From Chiloscyllium plagiosum (lineage: Eukaryota): a DNA stretch of 64,000 nucleotides. The notes below the pieces were generated by a model. It saw nothing but the letters and a program-made list of their open reading frames with translations. It made no database searches and was not told where the DNA came from. Position 1 is the stretch's first letter. Each line of letters begins with the position of its first letter. The position numbers and the translations under genes are program-made. This document shows, in pieces, positions 54,344-64,000 of this stretch. The stretch covers positions 551,340 through 615,339 of the forward strand of contig NC_057750.1 in the NCBI RefSeq assembly GCF_004010195.1. The letters are read 5' to 3'.

Positions 54344-54856
54344 TATTGAGTACAAGAGTTGGGAGGTTATGTTGCAGCTGTAGTGGGCGGCACGGTGGTT
54401 AGCACTGCTGTCTCACAGCGCCAGAGACCCGGGTTCAATTCCTGCCTCAGGCAATTGTCCGTGTGGAGTTTGCACGTTCTCCCAGTGTCTGCGTGGGTTT
54501 CCTCCGCGTGCTCCGGTTTCCTCTCACCGTCCAAAAATGTACAGGTTAGGTGAATTGGCCATGCTAAATTGCCCGTAATGTTAGGTGCATTAGTCAGTGG
54601 GAAATGGGTCTGGGTGGTTGCTCTTTGGAGGGTCGGTGTGGGCTTGTTGGGCCGAAGGGCCGGTTTCCACACTAAAAAAATCTACAGGACATTGGTTAGG
54701 CCACTGATGGAATATTGCATGCACTTCTGGTCTCCTTGCTATTGGAAAGATGTTGTGAAACTTGAAAGGGTTCAGAAAAGATTTGCAAGGAAGTTGCCAA
54801 GGTTTGAGGATTGGAGCTATAGGGAGAGGCTGAATAGGCTGGGGCTGTTTTCCCTG
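54344..54856 (+). mobile_element. CR1 LINE ORF2 3' part, left half (contains SINE 54383-54673; split by the ERV)
   Basis: YRTLVRPLMEYCMHFWSP...ERLNRLGLFSL; continues at 63394. Confidence 0.9.
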
Positions 54857-55335
54857 TGCGAGAAATGGGGAAGGGTATTGTTTTCACAGTGATCATAAGC
54901 TTCAGCATAGCGCTGACAAACAGGTATAGAGGGCAGCTGCAGGCAAAGATCAGATTAGCAAACTTCTGGGAAAAACAAGTTTGTGCAGGCAGAAAAGCAG
55001 AACATTAGAAAACACTAGCACAGCAAGTGTTAATATAGGTACAAAACGGTTGCAGCTAACGGCCCAAGGAGATAGAAGTAGAATCTAATCAAGATAAGGA
55101 GAAGTCACGTAGGGGCAGACAGGTCACAAGTTAGGCAGAGAACTAGGGTGATTGGGTAATGTAGGAGAAGGGAGAGGTGACCTCACACAGCTCAAAGGTA
55201 TAACTGTGTACTTGTTTCAATGCTCATTGCTCATTTGCTTTAGCATTTGACGTCCTTTCTTGCAAGATCGTAAAATAAATTGTCTGTTTCCAGTTTTGGT
55301 GGTCTTGGTTAATTTTGTTAAGTTTGTTTCTAACA
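54857..55335 (+). repeat. 5' LTR (479 bp)
   Basis: TG...CA ends, TATA-like ggtataac near 55197, AATAAA at 55274-55279; direct repeat of 62893-63389. Confidence 0.95.
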
Positions 55336-55339
55336 GATT

Positions 55340-55357
55340 TGGGGGCTTGTCCGGTCA
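55340..55357 (+). promoter_or_regulatory. Primer binding site, tRNA-Pro
   Basis: tgggggcttgtccgg matches 14 of the first 15 nt of the MLV-type Pro PBS TGGGGGCTCGTCCGGGAT, 4 nt after the LTR. Confidence 0.85.
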
Positions 55358-55907
55358 CTCGGCATTCTTGGAGAAACAGAGAAGGTGCACCTCGCTGAAA
55401 TCGGCGATCTCTAGTTTCCCCTCGTTGCCGCGGCAGCTTTGGGCGAGCGTGATCTGGACGGAAAGACACTGGAAACAAGACGGGAAGACGCGGCGGGTTC
55501 GGTCGGGAACTCTTGTGCACAAGACCCGGGTAAGGAAAGGTCTCTCGAGATATATCCGGGTGACCGGGGATTTGCAACAGTAAATGTTGCGGGAATTGCC
55601 GCGCAGCTAATGGCCGAATTGACAAGACCAGGTAACTCTGTGCACAGACCAAGTTAAGAAAAGGACCTTTAAGTATTGCCTTGGTGGTCGGGGAGGTACA
55701 AGAAGTACGGGGAATTGGCGATGTCTAAAAATAACATATAATTGGCCAGACTGATCGGACGGGAAAGGGTATCAACCTGATTCTAGCAGCCAACCTTAGA
55801 CCGGTTGTTAAGAAGGGAAACCCCCCACGCGAAGGTCAGGACCCTGAAGTGGATGTGGAAGAAAGTGACACCGGACCTCGAAAAGATCAATTAAATATTT
55901 TTTTAAA

Positions 55908-57406
55908 ATGGGAGGCAAGGGAAGTTGTCTCTATAAAGATCGATCTACAGATAATGTTAAACTTGAGGAAATTCCATCCGACAGTCCCTTGGGGAAAATG
56001 TTGGGAAATTGGGAACACAACTCCCGGACGCGGGGGAAAGATAAAGTTATAATGATAAGGTATTGTTGTTTTGTCTGGACACAAGAAAGTATTAAGAAAT
56101 CTGATATATTTTGGCCCAAATATGGGTGTGCCAAGACTTAAATATATATGTTAATAGCAAAGAGAAACAAAGCCGCCACGAGGCTGATTATGCAGCCTAT
56201 TGGATAAAGAGCCAAAATAGGTTCGTCTTAAAAAAGAAAGAAAGGGAGGAAAAGGATGAAAAACCCAAACCCCCCCATTGGGACCCTTTGTCAAATTTAC
56301 CTCCCCCTTATTACTATAGAAATGATGGTCCGCCATCCCCCGGCGACAGTCGACCGTGTCCCAGCCCTCTGCACCCGCAGCAGAGGAACCCCTGGGAGAG
56401 GAATCTGAAAAAGGCCCAGAAGAGGACTCCACTGTGAGTCAGGTTAAGACACGATCAGCAGGAAGGAGAGAAGAAAGGGAACAAGGCGGGGCAACACAGG
56501 TATATCCTCTCAGAGAGGTCCCCATTGGAAACGGCGAAATTAGATAGTGGGGAGGTCAGAGCCTTTAAAAAGGAAATGAAAAATCTAATTGAGGATCCCA
56601 TGGGATTGGGGGAGCAATTAGACCAGTTTTTGGGGCCAAATTGGTATACCTGGGGGGAAATGATGGCAATATTGAGGACGTTATTCTCAGAAGAAGAAAG
56701 GGGTATGATCAGAAGGGCCGCCCTGAGGGAATGGGAAAAGAGATACCCTCCGGGTGAAGAAGTAACTCCGGCTGAACAAAAATTCCCTAATACAGATCCC
56801 CGATGGGAGGGCATGAATGCACATGATAGGAGAAGCACGAGAGACTTTTGGGAAATGGTGATCTTGGGAATTCAGGAAGCAGCGCCAAGATCACAAAACT
56901 TTGTTAAGGCTTTTGAAGTAAGGCAGGAGAAAGACAAGATCCCTTCAGCGTTTCTTCAAAGGCTCAAAGAAGCCACAAGGAAATATTCGGGAATGAATCC
57001 TGATGACCCGGTGGCGCAAGGAGTTTTGAAGGTCCAGTTTGTGACAAAGTCATGGCCGGACATACAAAAGAAATTGCAGAAAATAGATGGATGGAGTGAA
57101 AAACAGATGGAAGAGTTATGTGAGGCACAGGAAGTGTATGTGAAGAGAGAGGACGAGAAGCAGAAGCAGAAAGCTAAAATGATGGTGGCGACAGTAGATG
57201 AAATAACAAAGAGGAGATTAGGATCGGGAGATAATAGAAAGGATAAGGATAGAGGAGGACACGAAAGACAAAGGTCAGACGTCCAGGAAAGGAGGCAACA
57301 GGCAGGATGTTACCATTGTGAAAAAGTGGGGCATTTTAAACGAGAATCCTCTGGACTAACGCGGGAAAAGGAAACTGTTTCCCTAATGACATTTGATGAG
57401 GAATAG
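55908..57406 (+). pseudogene. gag: ERV gag (MA, CA, NC), frameshifted
   Basis: MGGKGS myristoylation start; IPSDSPLG...MIRYCCFVW...FWPKYG matrix; PPPY late motif; capsid EVRQEKDKIPSAFLQRL; degenerate zinc knuckle CYHCEKVGHFKRES; ends at TAG 57404-57406. Confidence 0.9.
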
Positions 57407-57468
57407 GGGAGACAGGGGTTCCTTCCTCCTGAAACCCACCGGGAACCCTTGATAAATCTAAAGGTGGG
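57404..57468 (+). promoter_or_regulatory. gag-pol amber read-through signal with H-type pseudoknot
   Basis: TAG in frame with the protease; 8-nt spacer GGGAGACA; stem 1 GGGTTCC/GGAACCC; stem 2 CCCACC/GGTGGG. Confidence 0.8.
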
Positions 57469-60400
57469 ACCTGAAGGGGAGGAGGCAGTGTTTTTGGTGG
57501 ACACGGGAGCGGCACAGTCATCCCTAAGGTTTAGACCTACCGCCGTTAAATTGACCAATAAGAATCTCAGGGTTTCTGGAGTAAAAGGCGAAGAATTCTT
57601 AGGGCCTATTTTTGAGCCAATACTAATTAGAGTAAATAATGAGGAAGTGACAGGACAATTATTGTATATTCCCGACATTGAAGTCATCTATTAGGTAGGG
57701 ATTTGATTATCTTGTTAGGCTTAAAAATTAGGGTGGTAAATAGTGCAGTGACCGTAAAGATGGCCATGTTAACACCTAGAGATGAAAAACAAATCAGCCC
57801 TGATGTATGGGCAAGACCAGGTAATACAGGGCATCTAACTATTACTCCAATGGTAATTACGTTGATTCAGGAGAATAAGACAGTTCGGGTTAGACAATAC
57901 CCCATATCACTGGAAGGTCGTAAAGGTCTGCAATCAGTTATAGATTCTTTGTTAAAAACCGGATTGTTAGAACCCTGTATGTCAACCTTTAATACCCCAA
58001 TACTGCCTGTCCGCAAACCAGACAGAACCTATCGATTAATGCAGGATCTTAGAGCATTGAACCGATTGGTTTGAACACGACACCGGTAGTCCCTAATCCG
58101 TACACTTTGCTAGGCAAGATACCGTGTGACCACCGCTGGTTTAGTGTAATAGATTTAAAGGATGCATTCTGGGCNNNNNNNNNNNNNNNNNNNNNNNNNN
58201 NNNNNNNNNNNNNNNNNNNNNNNNNNNNNNNNNNNNNNNNNNNNNNNNNNNNNNNNNNNNNNNNNNNNNNNNNNNNNNNNNNNNNNNNNNNNNNNNNNNN
58301 NNNNNGGTTTAAGAGTATCTAGGAATAAATTGCAATATGTAGAGAAAGAAGTGAAATATTTAGGGCACCTTGTTAGTGAGGGTACTAGGCGAATTAACCC
58401 CGAGAGAATTAAAGGAATTGTAGAACTACCCCTCCCGACCACCAAGCGAGAATTACGGAAGTTCTTGGGGCTAGTGGACTATTATAGATTATGGATAGAA
58501 GCATACGCCCAGAAAATGAAGGGGTTATATTATAAATTGACAGAATCTGAACATGAAAGACTACACTGGACAGAAGAGGAAAAGGAAGGGTTACATAAGT
58601 TAAAGCGTAGTTTAATACAAGCTCCGGTGCTGGCCCTTCCTTCCCTCGAGAAACCATTTCACCTTTTTGTGACAGTAAATGATGGAGCAGCCTTAGGAGT
58701 GTTAACCCAGAAGGGAGGGGGAAGGAGGCAGCCCATAGCCTTCCTGTCCAAGATCTTTTACCCTGTCTCGAGAGGATGGCCTGAATGTACACAGGCAGCA
58801 GCAGCCACTACCATACTGGTAGAGGAGAGCCATAAACTTCCTTTTGGAGGGGTGCTCGTCGTTAGTACCCCCCATCAAGGCAGAACTGTGTTAAACCAAA
58901 AGGCAGGGAGATGGTTGACAGACTCACGAATCTTGAAATACGAAGCCATCCTGATGGAGAGAGATGACCTCGTGTTAGCAACAGACACCTGTCTAAACCC
59001 AGCTACCTTCCTATGGAAGGGAGAACCTCTGGAAAACGAGAATTAGAACATGACTGTTTAGATATCATTGAGTATCAGACTAAGGTTAGACCAGATCTAA
59101 AAGATATTCCTTTTCATGATGAGGACAGACTGTTTATAGATGGGTCATCAAGAGTGGTACAAGGAAAAAGACACAATGGATATGCAGTAGTGGATGGTAA
59201 CAAGAACCAAACAGTTGAGGCTGACCTGTTGCCTAACACATGGTCGGCCCAAACCTGTGAGTTGTATGCATTAAACCAAGATTTAAAATAACTAGAAAAT
59301 CAGGATGGGACAATTTACACCGACTCTAAGTAATGCCTATGGGGTGGTCCATACCTTTGGAAAAATATGGCAAGAACATGGACTAATCGATAGCTGGGGA
59401 AAGGAATTAGTACACGAAGAATTAATAGGACAAGTGTTGAAAAGTTTGGAATTACCACGAGAAATAGCAATAGTTCATGTACCGGGGCACCAAAAGGGGG
59501 AAAACTCTAGAAGCAAGAGGGAATAGGCTAGCAGACGAAGCAGCCAAAGAGGCAGCTACGAAAATACGGGTTCTCACACCCCTAGTGGAGTCTCCTTCCG
59601 TGAATCCCGTGTACATGAAGGAAGAGGAAAAAGAATTCCAGGAGATAGGAGCCACTAAGACAAGTGAAGGAAGATGGATTCTCCCGGATGGGAGGGAAAT
59701 GCTGAGTAAACCAGTCATGAGAAACATTCTAAATACCCTGCACCAAGGCAGTCATTGGGGCTCTCAATGACATAGTGTGACATAGTGTTAAGGAAGTACA
59801 GCTGTAAAGGGATATGCACATTAGCCAAGCAGGTATGCTCAGGATGCCTGATTTGCCAAAAGATTAATAAAACGGTAACAAGAGGAGGGCAAAAAGGTGG
59901 AAGGAATCCTGGGGTAAGACCTTTTCAGAGCATACAGGTCGACTATACAGAATTACCCCCCGGTAGGGAAACAAAAGTACTTATTAGTCATAGTAGACCA
60001 CTTAACCGGGTGGGTGGAAGCTTTCCCAATGTCTTCAGCTACCCCAAAAGGAGTAGTGAAAACACTCCTTGAACATATCATCCCACGATATAGAATAGTG
60101 GAAACTATAGATTCAGACCAAGGTACCCACTTTACTTCTAAGATCTTACAAGGGTAATACCAGGATTAGAAATTTCATGGGAATTCCATACTCCTTGGCA
60201 CCCACCCTCCTCTGGACGGGTGGAAAGAATGAATCAAACCTTAAAGAAGCAATTATCAAAGTTAGTCCTAGAGACTCGATTACCATGGACTAAATGCTTA
60301 CCTATTGCACTATTACGCATTCGGACGGCCCCAAGGCGTGATATCGGACTTTCTCCTTATGAAATGATGTTTGGGCTGCCATTTCTGGGAGGGAAGGGAG

Positions 60401-60672
60401 AGGTATCCACGGCCGAGTTTAATGACAAGTTTTTGAAAAACCATATTGTGGCACTTGGCTCTTCATTATCTGTTCTTAGGAATAAAGGCCTTTTGGTACA
60501 GACACCGCCACTCGAGTTTGCAGTACATCAGATACGACCAGGTAATTGGGTCCTGATAAAGAACCTGGAAGGATACCAAACTACACCCGAGCTGGGAGGG
60601 ACCATTCTTAACTCTCCTGACTACCAAAACAGCTGTCCAAACTACAGAAAAAGGGTGGAGTCATATGCTTCC
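57407..60672 (+). pseudogene. pol: ERV pro-pol (protease, RT, RNase H, integrase) with stops, frameshifts and an N gap
   Basis: [44 protein letters not shown]-x3-H...C-x2-C; QVDYTELP, DSDQGTHF, ERMNQTLK; breaks off in the KGWSH motif. Confidence 0.93.
58175..58306. other. Assembly gap (N) over the RT active-site region
   Basis: Run of n. Confidence 1.
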
Positions 60673-61554
60673 TGTTTCAGCATATCCACATGGCTGCAAG
60701 CTCTACATTCAACTTTCTGGGTCTTTTTTGTTTGTTCATGAGGAGCGGGAATCGTTGGCCAGGCCAACTTTCACCAGCTTCCGTTTATGAAAGTGGTAAT
60801 GAGTCACCACCTTGAACTGCTTCAGCCCATGGTGGAAGTGTGTAGAATGGGTGGATTAGCCATGGGAGATGCAGGGTTACAGGGACAGGGTAGCGGGAGG
60901 GGTCTGGGTGGGAAGCTCTTCGGAGGTAGACTTGATGGGCCGAATTTGCAGGGATTCTATGTTTCTATGAATGAGGGACACAGACAGGGTAGATGGGAAG
61001 CGATGGTGGACATATCAATGACTGGAGGCATTAATTTAATTGGCATTTGGATGGGTATATGAATAGCAAGAGTTTGAAGGGATATGGATCAGGTGCTGGC
61101 AGGTGGGACTAGATTGGTTTGGGATATCTGATCGGCATGGACGAGTTGGACCAAAGGGTCTATTTCTGTGCTGTACATCTCTATGACTATGACTTTATTT
61201 AGATAGGATGTGAGGAAAAGTCCTTTCACACTGAAGCTGGTTGGAACCTGGAAGTCACTACCTAAAAGGGAGATGGAGGCAGAAATCCTCAACATTTAAG
61301 AAGTATTTAGATGGTCACTTGAGATGCCAAGGTTGGTAAGTAGGATGAGAATAGGTGGTTATTTTTGACTGGCGCAGCCTTGATGGGTCACGGGGCCTTT
61401 TTCTATACTGCCCATCTCAATAGCTCCATATGGTGTTCAGAAGGAGGCTCCAGAATTTTGATGAGGCATAGCCTTACCGTCAAGAATACCTAGCCCCCAA
61501 ATTAAATTAATCACCATAGTAATGTCTCTGTTTAATTCAGCCCAATGGCAGAAC

Positions 61555-61790
61555 TTCGATGAGCATCTTTACGTGGAGAGTTGTGAATGCATGGAATGCG
61601 TTGCTAGCTGAGGTGGTGGAAGCGAAGTCATTGTGGACAGTTAAGCGACTGCTGGACATGCACATGGATAGCAGGGAATTGAGGGGTGCATTAGTTACGT
61701 TATTATATTTTACATTAGGATTACACGTTGACACAACATCGTGGGCCGAAGGGCCTGTTCTGTGCTGCACTTTTCTATATTCTATCTTAA
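61555..61790 (+). mobile_element. CR1 3' fragment inside the provirus
   Basis: FTWRVVNAWNALLAEVVEA...KRLLDMHM; same 3'UTR as 11340-11550. Confidence 0.85.
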
Positions 61791-62485
61791 ACTGAAGTAG
61801 ATGGATAGTAATAGACACCTTAGAAAAACATTGAAATACATTATTTTGAATTATCTCAGAATCTGAAAAGCTACACGAACAAAACCCATTGTCCTGGGCA
61901 GCTTTTCAAAGTTATTTTCACCCACAGTTAGTGATTAAAAAAATGATTATTTCTCGAGATAAACCTATTTCATATTGATGAAACTGCACCAGATTACTGC
62001 CCTTAAACATATCGCAGAATATCCTTTCCAGCAAAATCTAAAGATAATTACATTTACAAAAATGCTACTTGATTGCGGTGGTTCACAGCGGATTTTACAG
62101 CTATTGATATCCAAATGAGTTTCAACAAAAAGTGAGCAAAGAAAACATTGAAAGCATAAGTAATTGAGGCCTAATTTGAATATGCTCCAAATCTGAAACT
62201 TTACCCTGTAATGAATAAAGGCTTATATTTTTAATAATAAAAGGAGTTGGCTGAAAACACAATGGAAAGCCAGAAGCCTTTAGTCAAAAGCAAGATCGCT
62301 TGCCTGGAATTGGACAGTGTCAGCACCTCAGGGAGACAATTAGATTTCTATCTACTGTATAAAGAGTCCAAAATATCAATATATTCCAAAAGTTTCAGTG
62401 GAGGGTGGGGTGAGGAATGATGGATTGATGTGATGCTTTTCATGAATTCAGGGCATCCCAAAGCTCTTTAACGCCTTAAAGTCAT

Positions 62486-62750
62486 GGGTGGCACAGGGCT
62501 CAGTGGTTAGCCTCATAGCACCAGGGACCCAGATTTGAATCAGCCAACCCTTGGGCAATTGTCTGTGTGGCATTTGCACATTCTTCCTGTGCCTGTGTGG
62601 GTTTCCTCCCACAGTCCAAAAATATGCAGGCTAGATGGATTGGCTGTGCTAAATTGCCCATTGTGTCTAGGGTTAGATGGATTAGCCACGGGAAATGCAG
62701 GGTTGGTGTGAGCTCAATGAACCAAATGGCTTGCTGTAGGGATTCTATGA
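62486..62750 (+). mobile_element. Diverged tRNA-derived SINE inside the provirus
   Basis: gggtggcacagggctcagtggttag...gggtttcctcccacagtccaaa...gattctatga. Confidence 0.8.
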
Positions 62751-62892
62751 AGTGTAGTTGTTGTCACATGGTAAGAAATATGGCACCCAAAGTGAACCCT
62801 ACAATTCCATGTTGATAAATCTTTTTTTAAATGTTATGTTGATTGACGAATAGAACCTCCTCTCACTTTCCTTCTCCCTTAAACTTCTTGAA

Positions 62893-63389
62893 TGTGAGAA
62901 ACGGGAAAAGGTGTTGTTTTTGCAGATGTGGCAAAAAGGGTAGTGATAATAAGCTTAAGCATAGCGCTGACAAGCAAGTATAGAGGGCAGCTGCAGGCAA
63001 AGATCAGATTAGCAAAGTTCTGGGAAAAACAAGTTTGTGCAGGCAGAAAAGCAGAACAATAGAAAACACTAGCACAGCAAGTGTTAATATAGGTACAAAA
63101 CGGTTGCAGCTAACGGCCCAAAGAGAGAGAAGTAGAATCTAGTCAAGATAAGGAGAAGTCACGTAGGGGCAGTCAGGTCACAAGTTAGGCAGAGAACTAG
63201 GGTGATTGGGTAATGTAGGAGAAGGGAGAGGTGACCTCACACAGCTCAAAGGTATAACTGTATACTTGTTTCAATGCTCATTGCTCATTTGCTTTAGCAT
63301 TTGATGCCCTTTCTTGCAAGATCGTAAAATAAATTGTCTGTTTCCAGTTTTGGTGGTCTTGGTTAATTTTGATAAGTTTGTTTCTAACA
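62893..63389 (+). repeat. 3' LTR (497 bp)
   Basis: TG...CA; matches the 5' LTR with about 21 substitutions and one 18-nt indel (manual count). Confidence 0.95.
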
Positions 63390-63393
63390 CCTG

Positions 63394-63800
63394 GAATGTC
63401 AGAGGCTGAGGGATAACCTTATAGAGGTTCATAAAATCATGAGGGGCATGGATAGGATAAATAGACAAAGTTTTTTCCCTGGGGTGGAGGTGTCCAGAAC
63501 CAGAAAGCATAGGTTTAGGGTGAGAGGGGAAAGATATAAAAGGGACCTAAGGGGCAACGTTTTCCCACAGAGGGTGGTGCGTGTATGGAATGAGCTGCCA
63601 GAGGAAATGGTGGAGGCTGGTACAATTACAGCATTTAAAAGGCATTTGGAATGGTATATGAATAGGAAGGGTTTGGAGGGACATGGGCTGGATGCTGGCA
63701 GGTGGGACTAGATTGGGTTGGGATATCTGGTCGGCATGGACGGGCTGGACCGAAGGGTCTGTTTCCGAGCTGTACATCTCGATGACTCTATGACTCTATT
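63394..63800 (+). mobile_element. CR1 LINE 3' end, right half
   Basis: Resumes exactly where 54856 stops (ttttccctg|gaatgtcagaggctgaggg); ends in atgactct repeats. Confidence 0.92.
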
Positions 63801-64000
63801 TCCAACCAGTGCATCTGGGAGGCAACATACCTTTCAGGAGTCTCGTTTCCAACCACATAACCGCCCATCTACTCCCCTTACAATTGAATCCCCTATGACT
63901 ATAGCCCTTACACTCTTTTTCCCACCCTTCTGTACAGCAGAGCCAGCCACGGTGCCATGAACCTGGCTACTGCTGCCCTCTCCTGGTGAATCATCTTCCC

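Larger units (their letters stand above)
54857..63389 (+). mobile_element. Defective class I endogenous retrovirus (HERV-I/IP-like), LTR-gag-pro-pol-[no env]-LTR
   Basis: Paired LTRs, 4-bp TSD CCTG (54853-54856 and 63390-63393), tRNA-Pro PBS and retroviral protein motifs. Confidence 0.95.

Noticed and set aside
55224..55657. Extra ORFs in the ERV leader (accessory or glyco-Gag-like gene)
   Set aside because: Short, starting within the LTR or at non-ATG codons, stopping before gag, with no recognisable motif.
60673..62892. env gene
   Set aside because: No long ORF, furin/fusion-peptide, immunosuppressive or CX6CC motif found; the sequence is LINE/SINE pieces and unique DNA.

Overview
Eukaryotic, repeat-saturated vertebrate DNA. 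The tRNA-derived HE1/V-SINE-like SINEs, CR1 LINEs and Deu-domain SINE remnants point to a shark or other elasmobranch (inference). I recognise no host protein-coding gene. The largest feature is a defective class I (HERV-I/IP-like) endogenous retrovirus at 54857-63389. It has two TG...CA LTRs, a 4-bp CCTG target-site duplication (TSD) inside a CR1 LINE, a tRNA-Pro primer binding site, gag and pro-pol, and an amber read-through pseudoknot. Its env/PPT region is replaced by about 2.2 kb of old host-like DNA, and the start of its 3' LTR is disproportionately diverged from the 5' LTR. The window also holds many Penelope-like element (PLE) pieces carrying minimal type I hammerhead ribozyme motifs of four sequence families, two solo LTRs, nested LINE/SINE/PLE insertions with readable TSDs, two inverted 33-bp minisatellite arrays derived from a Deu-domain SINE, other tandem repeats and three assembly gaps. 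All alignments and counts were done by eye.
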